A stretch of 64,000 nucleotides of DNA, from NCBI GenBank assembly GCA_905178155.1, contig CAJINV010000024.1:243964-307963 (forward strand), given 5' to 3'. The notes beneath the pieces are model-generated. The model was not told where the DNA came from and did no database searches. It was given only the letters and a program-made list of their open reading frames with translations. Below, in pieces: positions 13,601 through 22,196 of the stretch. This DNA is from Amoebophrya sp. A120. Taxonomy: Eukaryota; Protista; Dinoflagellata. Each line of letters starts with the position of its first letter. The first letter of the stretch is position 1. The translations under genes and the position numbers were made by a program.

Positions 13601-15231
13601 AAAGTTCTGTATATGGACTTGCAGATGCACCTCGGTGCTTTTATCTGCAGTTTCGTTCTTATTTGGAAAAGAACGGATTCCAGGCATCAACAGTAGATCC
13701 CAGTGTATTTTTGTATTTCAACAAAGAACAAACTGACAACGCCAAGTCCTTCGAGGAAATTTTACAAAAGAAGTATAATAGTGCTGAAGGAAGAAGCAGT
13801 CATGATCTGATTGATTTTCTCAGTAAGGAAACGACTTCGAGTCGTGTTTTGGAAGGATTCATTGCTTTACATGTGGATGATGGATTGGCATATGGTACGG
13901 ACAGTTTCCTGGCTGGACCGATTAAGAAGCTGGCAAGTGACTGGAATATCGAGTCATTTAAAGAAGGAGACTTTAAGTATCTGGGAGGACGCATGCATCC
14001 TGAGGGGCAGGATTTGTATATTGACTTTTCAGCTCATCTGGAGAAGGCAAAGAAAGTGGAAATTCCCAAGAAGATGGTAGGCAGCAATTGGGAAGAGTAT
14101 GCAGATGATGAGCCACTGAGTAAAGTCTTGCATAGCGAATTCCGATCTCTCTTAGGGAGTCTTATGTATGTGTGCTCGCATGGTCACCCTTTGGGTGCTC
14201 ATGAAGTCCATAAAGCTTCAAGTTATGCATCCTGTCCCACGTTTGGAAATCTTCGTGATTTAAATCGAGTTTTCTACAAAATGAAAAAGACTCCAATGAG
14301 AATTCGCATCTCAGCACAGAAAAATCCCTATTTTGCAGTTTTTGGTGATGCAAGTTTCGCTACTGGTCGTGGCGCTAAGACGCCGGTGGGCCGTGCAATC
14401 TGTTTTACAAGTGATGAAGCTTTGAGCTCTGAATGTGAAAATGATGCATCAGCCTCACTCCTATTTTGGAAAACCACTAACCTCTCGCGGGTTGTTCATA
14501 GTACTAAGGCTGGCGAAACATTGTCCATTATCGAAGGAATTGACTCAGCAATTCTTTTAAGATACTTATGGTACGAGTGTACTGGTGATGTACTTGCACT
14601 TCGTGTGTACACTGACTGCAATTCCCTCGTGGAAAATATGCATAAACTCAGTATTCCAAAAGAAAAGGGTCTAGTGCTCGCAAACGAACAGCTGAAACAG
14701 TTCTTGGAAAATGATCACGGTGATCATCTACGTCATATAGATAGTCAGCATCAGTTAGCTGATTGCTTAACTAAACCATTTACCTTCGGGGTAAAACATC
14801 AGATGTTCGAAGCTTGCTGTGACGGAATCTTAAGAGGATGTAGAAATAATAAGACGATGCGAGCGAAAGCTCACAGCAAGTCTAAAAAGTGTTATACTTC
14901 AAAACACAAAAATCAAACTGACCGACTCCGTCAAACAGCAGATGGCAAAGCTACAGTATCTACAGTGCCAGGTCGTGCTGAGAGTGTAACTCTAGAAGCA
15001 CTCAAACGTCTTAACGAGCTATATGGTGAAAGTCATGATGTTTCAGATCAATATGAAATCTACGATCCACAAAACAGGACGGACTGTTCGAATACGACTA
15101 TCTCAACGCCGACGGAACCTCCGCCGAGCGGGAGTAATTCGGAAGACAGTGGTCTCGCGCCGGGAAGTCCTGTAGATGAGTTTGATAATCGAGAACCATT
15201 AGAGTCTCCACTGAGCTCTCCTTATGATTAG
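7609..15231 (+). CDS. Copia Gag-Pol polyprotein (the ORF is open further upstream, to 7105, with an ATG at 7153)
   Basis: Gag start VPVFSGKPQD; CCHC knuckle CYACKQRGHKAAKC (about 8734); protease ILDSGAS (about 9748); integrase HKALGH..CDSCPDC and D/D/E (WHADC, TMDLGSNF, NYAERR; about 10330-10830); RT (FDVPTAFL, VYGLADAPR, LHVDDG at about 13876); RNase H (GDASF, YTDCNSL, LADCLTK; 14341-14775). Confidence 0.95.
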   Translation: MSSDKTEKLETGVPVFSGKPQDLRKYTSRARRYLLGLKKKEVSSGIIDLLNVVEKNDSDLYLEFIDELPGGEDDLGTLTSLEDMMKIWRVVAFGKSEEKNEVVTSFNALLDVGISKKNKTQTNARKLNEVASDFNCAVECHGIRVEGRRTFPGDMCPECKMTQVYLRGHGQVVKRDSNGSQVVDGTGNKVMVDCKYKDEALQFYPTELLNDILKACMLLRKYKLDPETLAKVMQSCDILDYDSVINSLAIQDRAKRIYSAGGASSGTSIFRVEDTEEEDSDSEEEFLDSYKICEEDLGHMSDELKDCLRDILFTGNRATTGKGQNNRRSDRASRFWQKKFTKGAQRALGGRKGRGKGSARQVDGEVYAVPDFNGICYACKQRGHKAAKCPKNNPSVIAAVIEEMSDHFGMVFSVSEAKPDSTTTPASSSSSSSSTTTTGGKKHGIGLVDLREEAPMSEQEKAEVVSNFSSTNKSKSKHVSYAYGDDFELAKSHKKEIKNEQEIEISTNASENEIEPPSVEESLAPSICIKESSCEHFRSVTSKFAESCIFENLWENELDLICNELPGTNVNNAELGTSYSDDKDTFFDALEDDVEFRDVPTRRRIVGQRQRRRENATKRNDIQKALEKQKDDALFLDPIWTPKRELHEKDRARHNCVEICDEFHVPRVLTAEETGIEVSNACGEFSKSLKISRTMSAVLRAGESDLPLSQGILDSGASLCVIGERRLLQIFKELEKRGVPRPSILPSSRKMRYAGGGIGSSRGTVMLPVQNAGFTGTLAVEVIEGSTPLLLGLPAMRSMSAVLDFCEARVYVSKRNKSHIVQLLKPSENTFAIEIYPEKLLRGAELKQQQIKSQDLPRFVGFTEDFDAEEETSEGVREKVGDIINRRYVPGEWKLKVSNYHQFCSKLHKALGHNRQKVVLLLKQACAPNDIVKTYEKICDSCPDCARYQAHPRTHKASISNLTTKENEIWHADCIFPDCGGQKVCFYHCVDRHVADSFVRFMERMDSSLFVKKCIESGQYFHGYPTEKWTMDLGSNFVAEESKKALRELCAETCKIEWAPARCAEGNNYAERRGAWVKKLIEITYNRFKEALGTEPDFETIGFEVTRIIERLPIDKSGEQPFERRYQKAPCHWLPVETLDYENGYTTAELQKNEVINSIINEAIQKLKAESVIERVMKHNVPRDGRKYEVGEKVRCFNKLSGRWDLPATYLSRTCDKYATLQFLDRKEPSQFKSTMVKHWTASEKAEPPEDLQVHEAISTHAFQQKQDSYLQNHFPRGSAPQAETNLERQRMLEDAPTCGPHDDIGKLIGMIENSWRFLRPNQYSLEWGYVQTTHNGRAAYRNPNQNKPVEDAIREFARSELNFTTNAIRITKKQHCDKFALLKRDNEQKLLVVKQDGTFRVLDFSYGHRNQHADVKGVLRRWQYDYCIALGRDPNRTAAGAIPVRPVFCRSCNTSRSVHANEYHDIKSQYPNGILCSNLLGCSCQIISDHSQIWSRDKTMARYNRRQLEMLSEGAGGGSPPPSSDPPPTSSSSSSESDDEAESDSSFEEQQAPDTLPGPSVRGADYWEQDGCDWIRRHVVPRTTMFYPTDAAASLHDLGCQRITTMTSCATGRSVTHQDSWEESEGGKSEWFWTGATRFQKLENRYITGPTRKRTRIGHVNRVSCIFGALDFFDEGDKLTSDNISEIKNWCKFNHFHIWSGRCIKKNPNPRLTAGCLILDPNNNVVIGKRDGQGLHIGEYGITLHRDDEWIGDLQHVYRISHEQEVYDQYACQFIREHGRFVSCDDSSEVDLDVASGPRGHNTIYHVISPEVADALLRSGGDDEIRKESSALGFVPIFLVQKELTQAQVDQDLVDPGFVQSELKEWKSFLANDSLEVIDRSEATNMVKPRLVRTYKYEDPNNFELITKRKTRAILQGFSDDRLRSGLLTDSPTVLLSNLRLMIQLGVQKRWNYRVFDVPTAFLRGKLDPGRVEFEPPPVLRKLLNIENQPDKICRCKSSVYGLADAPRCFYLQFRSYLEKNGFQASTVDPSVFLYFNKEQTDNAKSFEEILQKKYNSAEGRSSHDLIDFLSKETTSSRVLEGFIALHVDDGLAYGTDSFLAGPIKKLASDWNIESFKEGDFKYLGGRMHPEGQDLYIDFSAHLEKAKKVEIPKKMVGSNWEEYADDEPLSKVLHSEFRSLLGSLMYVCSHGHPLGAHEVHKASSYASCPTFGNLRDLNRVFYKMKKTPMRIRISAQKNPYFAVFGDASFATGRGAKTPVGRAICFTSDEALSSECENDASASLLFWKTTNLSRVVHSTKAGETLSIIEGIDSAILLRYLWYECTGDVLALRVYTDCNSLVENMHKLSIPKEKGLVLANEQLKQFLENDHGDHLRHIDSQHQLADCLTKPFTFGVKHQMFEACCDGILRGCRNNKTMRAKAHSKSKKCYTSKHKNQTDRLRQTADGKATVSTVPGRAESVTLEALKRLNELYGESHDVSDQYEIYDPQNRTDCSNTTISTPTEPPPSGSNSEDSGLAPGSPVDEFDNREPLESPLSSPYD

Positions 15232-15504
15232 ACGTCACAGTTCTATTTTTCGTCCTAGCGATGAGTGTTGTTTCCTCGAGAAAAATGATTTGATATCAAT
15301 GAAAGCTTCTGTTCCTCGTGAAAGAAGCCCACATCCCGACTTCTATGTTTATTTTACCAAATTTTCCTGTTCCTCGTGAAAGGATTTCTGGTATAACGAT
15401 CCGAAGTCACAGTTGATGTTGTATCTTGATTTCTCCATGCCATGACGCAATGCACTTGTTAGGAAAGAGAGTACGTGTTCCATTACAGTTTTGCCTAGCA
15501 CAAA

Positions 15505-15762
15505 ATGCCGGAGCGTCCTCATTTTCCACAAATTGTCATCAGCGAGCTGGAGAAGGAGGTAAGGAACTACCGGGAGTTGTATTTTGAGCTTTTGCGTGAA
15601 AATGCCAAGCTGCGTGATCAAGTTAGTTCTCTTCAGCTAGACTGCTCCAGGCTAATAGAGTTAAAAACCAAATCACCTGAGAAGAACAGCGTATTGGATT
15701 TTGCATGCAAATTCTGTGGGGCAAAGTGCTCTGATATCAAAGCGCAATATTCTGTTTCGTAA
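15505..15762 (+). CDS. Retroelement accessory ORF A, 85 aa, coiled coil plus CxxC
   Basis: ATG-started ORF inside the element; heptad-like ELEKEVRNYRELYFELLRENAKLRDQVSSL followed by CKFCGAKC. Confidence 0.5.
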   Translation: MPERPHFPQIVISELEKEVRNYRELYFELLRENAKLRDQVSSLQLDCSRLIELKTKSPEKNSVLDFACKFCGAKCSDIKAQYSVS

Positions 15763-15837
15763 TTTGATGTCAATCCATGCCTTAGAACTTCGCGTTTGAC
15801 TAAAGCAAAAGGCTCTCTTAGCGATTTCCATCTTGAG

Positions 15838-16386
15838 ATGATGCGGATTCGTGCCGTCAAGTGCAAGGACCACGCTGAGGTGGTTTCCCTGCCGTCTGTT
15901 ACCGCCCGTCCCGTCACAGGACAAAACGGGTGCACGACCATGGAGTACAGCTTCATGGACAAGTACATGGAGGGCTGGACGTCCCGCAAGGTCGGCCAAG
16001 ATTACGTGCGTCTCGCAGTTCCCTGTAAGCACCGCACGTTCCTCAAGTCCTTGTTCGAGTGCCGTGGTTTGAGCAAGCCCGACGATACCGTCATCGTGAG
16101 CTGCAACATCGGCACCGCTGGTCACAACGACTACGAATTGAAGTTCTCGCAGTTGGAGTCCATCAGTGATGACGAAGCCCCCGCTACTAGAGCTGGTGCT
16201 TCGATGCAGGCTATTGCTAACAAATTAGATGAAATTGTTATGCGCCTGCAGCGCCTGGAGTTACACGTTATCGGTAGTGAGGAGGAAGAATATATGATGA
16301 TGGAGGATAAGACTGAAGGATCTCAGTCTAGTTCCACTGCTGCTAGCTCGACTTCGCGTCAGAAGCGTAACGTGCGTAAGCCGTAA
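15838..16386 (+). CDS. Retroelement accessory ORF B, about 182 aa, unknown function
   Basis: Marked C/G third-position bias over 15850-16170, short coiled coil, acidic stretch and basic C-terminus RQKRNVRKP. Confidence 0.7.
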   Translation: MMRIRAVKCKDHAEVVSLPSVTARPVTGQNGCTTMEYSFMDKYMEGWTSRKVGQDYVRLAVPCKHRTFLKSLFECRGLSKPDDTVIVSCNIGTAGHNDYELKFSQLESISDDEAPATRAGASMQAIANKLDEIVMRLQRLELHVIGSEEEEYMMMEDKTEGSQSSSTAASSTSRQKRNVRKP

Positions 16387-16695
16387 GTAGTTTTACTTTT
16401 TGCCTCGTACAAAACCAATCGATCATTCGGTGATCAGAAGTTATCGCATCTTTTAGGATTATAAGGTCGAGCTCTGCGCTGATCGAAATCCATGAAGTAG
16501 AGTGGTGTTATCAAGTCCATCTGACTATCCGAAAATCAAGTGAGAATTCTTCGAGATATCTCATATGAAGCTTCCAGATAGAATTGAAGGACTGTGCTGT
16601 GATGAAAATTTCAGATTGCGCCTCGTGTGAATCGATGAAATAAATACGAAGTTTTGACAAGATTTTATAGAATCACTTCGAAGTGATGAGATCTG

Positions 16696-17031
16696 ATGTA
16701 TTTGTTCCTCGCGAAAGCAAAACAATATCTCCATTCAAGAACAGATTCTCGCAGGCTCTTGTGTTTGATCTCAGATAAAATGTCCGCCGTTCGATTGAGA
16801 TTGTCTCTGCTTGAGCGGGATACGGCGACTCTGAAACATAAGAAATTGATGGTCTCTATTCATAATTTGAAAATGAAGCGTGTTGCGGGTAAATTACTGA
16901 AGTTTATCAAGCGCGCCAAGACATCAACAACTGCGACGTTGCAAGATTATTCTCTCGCGAAAATGGAACTTGAAGCAGCATTAGATAATCTAGATTCGGT
17001 TGCACATGTGTGGGACTTGACTCCGCAGTAA
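16696..17031 (+). CDS. Retroelement accessory ORF C, 111 aa, basic and helical
   Basis: ATG ORF whose stop lies 1 nt before the next ATG (TAAGATG). Confidence 0.5.
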   Translation: MYLFLAKAKQYLHSRTDSRRLLCLISDKMSAVRLRLSLLERDTATLKHKKLMVSIHNLKMKRVAGKLLKFIKRAKTSTTATLQDYSLAKMELEAALDNLDSVAHVWDLTPQ

Positions 17032-17032
17032 G

Positions 17033-19627
17033 ATGTCCCACGCGGACTTAATTGAACAAATTTCGCATTTGAATCTAATCAGGAGAGAACTAATTTGGAC
17101 CAACTTAGATAGCAAACTCAAAATGGCGTCTGAATCTGTTGAAGCTGTGCCGCCGCCGCCTAGTGTGGCTCCTGAAGACGATGAGAGTCTAGGTTTTGTC
17201 GATTTCTCCAAAGAAGGAGCAGTCAGTTTTCCAGCACCAGGTAACTATGATTGGAACCGTGTTTGGAATAATCACATCCTAGGAAATAAGCTTATCACTT
17301 GGGGTCCTGAAATTGAACCCGAGATAGCATCCATTATCGGTCGTACCTTGAACGGAGAGCATCTCATGCAGCCGTTTGGTATTCCCACACGTGATGTTTT
17401 TGATCAGCCTATTATCAACTATCTCAGTGCTCCGAGCTTCGTGTCGAGCAATTCCCCCGGGACTTTGTGTCCTATTGCATGTGATAGTGAGATGATTAAG
17501 AAACACATCACGCCAAATCACACAGTGATTGTGCTAGATGCATTCAACGTCTACTCTCAAACAACTGATCGCATTGCTATCCAAATTCCACCGCTTTATG
17601 TTGGTCTCGGGCCAATGATAGTCGTGCCTCCTTGTGACTCGCAAGGGTGCCAAGCTTTTAATCTTTTCGATGTGAAGCACAGTACTTTTGCAAATCGCGT
17701 TGTTTTCAACCCCCAAACCGTCTCTGAGCAATACTCCTGGGACGATTTCTACCATCACATGTTTCTTCGAGAAAAGAATGAAGGTTTAGCACCTGAGACC
17801 ACTGGTATCAACATGCACTTCACAGCTGACCAGAGTGAATCGGAATCGGCCGTGAGCGTCAACATGGAGGATGCCGAAGCAGCCGCCCTTGAGATCAAGA
17901 AGTCCACCGAGGTGCAGCCCGAAGTTGTTGGCACGCAGCCCGAAGGAACCGAGATCACCAAGAGCAAGCGCGCCTCGACCGATCCCGCGCCACAAGTCGT
18001 TCATCCTGCTGAATCGGAACCGGACTTGTCCCAGTCCGCCAGCAAGGAATCGATGAAGTCGCCCAAGGCTTCCGTCGACGCTGCGTCTATTGTTCAAGGA
18101 ACGCCAGAGGTTAGCGGTCCGAGCACTAAGATGACGCGGACAGACAAAGGCGAAGTAACGGAGCCTAAAGGAAAAGGAAAGGTCGTCTCTTCGGGAGACA
18201 AGAAAGTTTCTAAAGAGAATTCCGTTGCTGCTTCGCGCAGTTCTAAATCGAATGTTGTGGATCCGCATAAGGACACGTACTACAAGGACATTGTGAACCG
18301 ATGTACCATGTTGCAACAGATTGACTCTTCTGTCGATCCCGTCACTGCTGGCAAGCTGCGAGTTTCGTATGCTGCGTATCCCATTGAGTACGGGAATTAC
18401 GCTATTGCCTCGCGGTACATGCAGCAGTCCTATTTGCCATCTGGATACATGATGAACAGCAAGGGTTTGTGTCGAAGCAGCTATGCTGACAATGCTATTC
18501 CTGATGTGTGCGTCGTTTCTAGTTTGTCGCAGGACCACATGTACGTGTTTGATGATGAGCTCGACGAAAAGGTACGTGAAAAGTTGAGCCCGTCGGAAGA
18601 AGGGGACTTCGACTACAAGTCTGCTTACCTCAAGTGGAAATCTATCCAGATGTCCCGAGGAAAAGAGATTTGCCATGATTTCAAGGTGAAAGAGTTGCAA
18701 CTTGTTGTGACCCGCCTGTTCCAGTTAACTCCTCAGTTGACTGGTGCTGAAATCGGCCGCGTCCTCGCGAGTTCTTTTGGTTCGCTTCGTGCGACGTGTA
18801 AGTGCGGTGACAGTCGCTTCGCGCACAACAGAAGTATTTGCGGGTGTGAAAACACTTTGCGTACTATGTCACGTTTGAAGTTAGAAGGCAAGTGGCCAAA
18901 TATTCCACGTGGTCATGAGAACCCAGACGCTCGGCGAACTGAAATTCTCACTGAAACCAACTACGGAAAGTATGGTCGGGACTTCGGGTCCATCTTTTGT
19001 TATTTCTGTCACTGGATGGACACTCCAGCGAGCATTGGTAGTGTGCACACCAAAGCTTTCTGCACCGAGTCCGAGGCTTCCTTCGCGGAAGAATTTAGTC
19101 GTTGTTCCGAGCTCCGGAGACAATGCGAAAAGAGTAGTGCAGTCTACAAAGGTGAAATAGTCTGCAAAGCCGCGTTCGAGCAGCCCACGGGTGCCTGCAC
19201 CTACACGAGCCACCCGGTTGCTTCTGCCGTGTGCTCTACGGACACATTGGGAGTTCCCGCGTACTTCACTGGTGTGCACTCCGCTGATCCCCAGTTGAAG
19301 AACAAAGGTAAGGGCAAGAGCGGTTTCTTCAAACAGGACGAGAAGGTGCTGCAGCGTGGCGGCAATCAAGGTTCTGAAAATGAAGGACTACTCGTTGGAC
19401 AACACCATGGCGGTAAGAAGGGTAACAAAGGAAAAGGGAATAAGAATTTCCAGCCGAGTGCGGCATCTAGTTCTCCTCCTCCGTCTATGCAGATCGGCGC
19501 GTACGAACAAGGAGTTCTTGCTGGTCTGAAAGCCGGGAATCAAGCGAACATGAAGGGAAGTTTCCCCATGGGACCTAGTGGGAGAAAAGGAGGAAATGCT
19601 TGGTTTAACAACTGGCCTATGCAGTAG
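17033..19627 (+). CDS. Retroelement accessory ORF D, 864 aa, Cys/His motifs and K/G-rich tail
   Basis: 2.6-kb intact ORF ending about 90 nt before the 3' LTR; motifs CKCGDSRFAHNRSIC and CYFCHW..HTKAFC; KGKGK/GGKKG tail; no obvious transmembrane helix. Confidence 0.85.
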   Translation: MSHADLIEQISHLNLIRRELIWTNLDSKLKMASESVEAVPPPPSVAPEDDESLGFVDFSKEGAVSFPAPGNYDWNRVWNNHILGNKLITWGPEIEPEIASIIGRTLNGEHLMQPFGIPTRDVFDQPIINYLSAPSFVSSNSPGTLCPIACDSEMIKKHITPNHTVIVLDAFNVYSQTTDRIAIQIPPLYVGLGPMIVVPPCDSQGCQAFNLFDVKHSTFANRVVFNPQTVSEQYSWDDFYHHMFLREKNEGLAPETTGINMHFTADQSESESAVSVNMEDAEAAALEIKKSTEVQPEVVGTQPEGTEITKSKRASTDPAPQVVHPAESEPDLSQSASKESMKSPKASVDAASIVQGTPEVSGPSTKMTRTDKGEVTEPKGKGKVVSSGDKKVSKENSVAASRSSKSNVVDPHKDTYYKDIVNRCTMLQQIDSSVDPVTAGKLRVSYAAYPIEYGNYAIASRYMQQSYLPSGYMMNSKGLCRSSYADNAIPDVCVVSSLSQDHMYVFDDELDEKVREKLSPSEEGDFDYKSAYLKWKSIQMSRGKEICHDFKVKELQLVVTRLFQLTPQLTGAEIGRVLASSFGSLRATCKCGDSRFAHNRSICGCENTLRTMSRLKLEGKWPNIPRGHENPDARRTEILTETNYGKYGRDFGSIFCYFCHWMDTPASIGSVHTKAFCTESEASFAEEFSRCSELRRQCEKSSAVYKGEIVCKAAFEQPTGACTYTSHPVASAVCSTDTLGVPAYFTGVHSADPQLKNKGKGKSGFFKQDEKVLQRGGNQGSENEGLLVGQHHGGKKGNKGKGNKNFQPSAASSSPPPSMQIGAYEQGVLAGLKAGNQANMKGSFPMGPSGRKGGNAWFNNWPMQ

Positions 19628-19710
19628 TTGTCCTCAACTAGATTTGTTCTATACACCTTATAGCTTCGTACTAGTTTTTAGTTTACTTGAGAATAAGATA
19701 GTCAGGTAAC

Positions 19711-19717
19711 AAGGGGG
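19711..19717 (+). promoter_or_regulatory. Polypurine tract
   Basis: AAGGGGG immediately before the 3' LTR. Confidence 0.8.
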
Positions 19718-20543
19718 TGTATGAGTCTGGCTGTATTTTAAGCTACTTCTGTGCCTTGACTATTTGGAAAATAGGTTTGACACTTACAGTAGTATTTGAG
19801 CGATCTTTGGGATGCTCATATCGGTACTTTGTACTTACTTAGATTCGTTTTTGTGACACAGAAGAGAAGCTACACAAGAAGTACTATTCGGCATCGTACA
19901 GCCTTGTCGTACAACTGAGAGCCGTACTTTCGATCGGGACTACGAGAGAATCAAATGCTTTTTTCGGGTCGTAGTTGTAGAGCCACTTGTTTCCAACACT
20001 ACCTTCAAACGTGCGATTCTCACCCCCAATCCACAGGTCTTTTTTTCGTTGACGTAATTCTAGATTACACATCGAAAGCGCCCCTTTGGTGGTATATCCT
20101 ACAACGCTGAAGACGTTGCTTGAACTACTTGTACTTCTGATGTTTTCACAAGAACGTATCTGATGAAAACCACTTCTATGAGCCCATTGCTCTGCTCTGC
20201 GAGCCCGCTGGTGATTCGCTCTTGTCCGGTGTGTATTGTTCTCTTCTAAGATCCCAAAGCAACCGTATCATGGCTAGTATAACCACCTTTATACTACTAG
20301 TTCTCATCTTTAGTGGATGGCCTATTCAGTTCTTCAGCTCCGCGACTACATCGTGTAGTGCGCCGCAGCTGAGTGAGAGACAAGAGCGCATACAAGGGGA
20401 TACGACCTCAGAGAGAGGCACACACCTGCTTCGAGCAGGCATGTATTCCCGGTTTCCCTCGTGGAAACGCGTGCGTGTACGCAAGAAGCGTCCACCCGAT
20501 CTAGTGTCGTGTGAAGATCTCTCTTCGGTCACAAAAACCGAAA
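19718..20543 (+). repeat. 3' LTR (826 bp)
   Basis: Direct repeat of 6601-7426. Confidence 0.95.
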
Positions 20544-20850
20544 GTGTAAAATAAGACAAAGCTAGGAAATCAATGTAGGAGCATGTATATATCATATACC
20601 TTTGCAATGTCCCTTGATCTGCAGCAGCAGACTATGTTCAGTGTTGGCAGTTTTTGAATATTTTGGCAAAAGTGAAAAATTTGGAAAATTACCTTTGTGG
20701 TGCAGAACTGTATAGATGCAGAATTGAACAAATGAAAGAGATGTAGCATGCATTCTTATGATATAATGCACAATCTGTTCGATCAAATTTGGCTCCTTTG
20801 TGAAATCCAGTCTGTATTTTGGAAAATTCCAATTTTTTGGCTTGTGTGTA
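20544..20850. repeat. AT-rich 156-bp tandem repeat, right part
   Basis: Cores at 20544 (GTGTAAAA) and 20700 (GTGCAGAAC) are exactly 156 bp apart and continue the phase of the left array. Confidence 0.75.
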
Positions 20851-22196
20851 GGCCTGCCAAGCGCGCGGAGTTCGATCGGCCCAGGGGTGGCCAAGGTCGC
20901 GGCCCTCTGGTGTGCTAGGTGGGTCTGCGGAAACGTAAGGGCGGGCACCCTTGCCTGCCCGGGGCGGAGGGCCGCCAGTGGGGCGGTCCGCGGAAGGCGT
21001 TTGGAGGGCTCGGCCCCTCCTTCACTTGCAGGACCCCTCCTGTTCCAGGCATGCTGCGTGCGGTTTCCCCGATTTGCCTGTCGGGGCATTCCAGGCTCCA
21101 TCCCTGGTTGCCAGGGGGCGGCCTTCACATCTTGTTGCGATCCGGTCGAGCCGGTACGCGGAAGCGCGACCGCATACCTTCCGGGCCTGTCTGGCGCCGG
21201 TTTTGTGTGTTTGGGCAGCAAGGAAAGCTGCTCCTGGGACACAGGTTTGGGCCCAGGACGGTTTTTGTTTTCCCCGCCTCCCTCTTGCCCCCCCCCCCCC
21301 CTCCGGACGGCTCTCGGGCTCTTGCCCCGCGCGCGCGCCCGCTCTTGCGCCACCCGCCGGGCCGCGCCGTAGCGCCTCCCTTTGCGCCCACCAACTCTAA
21401 CGCCGCGCGTCTTGCCCCAATGTCCGGCGCCCTTTGGCGCCCTCGCCCCGGATGCACTGCGCGGCCGCCTCGTTGCGCCACCAGGACGCCCTCGCCGCTT
21501 GCTTCCTGCGCCCTTTCGCGTTCTCGAAGGTACTTCGTGCGTCCGCCCCGCCGTGTTTGAACCGCCTCCCCGCGAGTCTCTGCGGCGGTGCGCAGCGCGG
21601 GGGGCGCGCTCCTGCTACGGCGCAGGCTTCGCGGCCTTCTACCGGGAAGCGCTATTCGTGCGGAAGCCCGCAGCAATGGGTCCTACCTTGCCCGCGACGG
21701 CGGCGCCGGAAGCAGCGCGCAATCTTCTCCAACGTCGGCGCAGGGCGCGCAGCTGCCTTGGAATTGGAGCGAGCCCGAGCCCCTGGCACAGCCGGTCCCG
21801 CAGAAGTGCGCACGCTGTTAAGCGTTGCTGCGTTGCCTCAGCAGGGGCGGAACCCACGCGCCTATATGGGGCGCGCTATGCAAAGGCTGCGGCGCGCCGC
21901 GGCCCGGCATTTCTCGCCTTGGCCTGATTCCCACCGCCCAAAGCCCCACGAACCAGCGGGCGCGCATTTTCTTCGTAGATCATTTATTGTGTGTTCGCGT
22001 TCATGTTCCAACAAGCACCACCGGCGTTAAACGGAAGAGGTTGCAAACTGGGAACTGTCCAAGACGATCGTCGTTCTGCTTTTCTCACTGATGCTTGCAG
22101 CTGCGTGTTTTAGACGAAGTATGTTTGAGACATCATGAGCAGGATGACCGGGTGAGCAAGCAGTCTCGTGCTAAGAAGGCAAGCAGTCGCAACATC

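Larger units (their letters stand above)
6601..20543 (+). mobile_element. Full-length Ty1/Copia LTR retrotransposon, 13.9 kb, with extra 3' ORFs
   Basis: Two 826-bp direct LTRs, PBS, PPT, and a gag-PR-IN-RT-RNaseH ORF in Copia order; GTG(T) duplicated at both flanks. Confidence 0.96.

Noticed and set aside
17033-19627. env gene
   Set aside because: The position fits, but I see no signal peptide or transmembrane helix; left as an unknown accessory ORF.
20222-20554. Separate 110-aa gene
   Set aside because: It is the 3' LTR copy of the frame that starts in the 5' LTR, and it ends in flanking DNA.
20592-22091. Overlapping ORFs of 150-250 aa
   Set aside because: GC-rich shadow ORFs on both strands without motifs.
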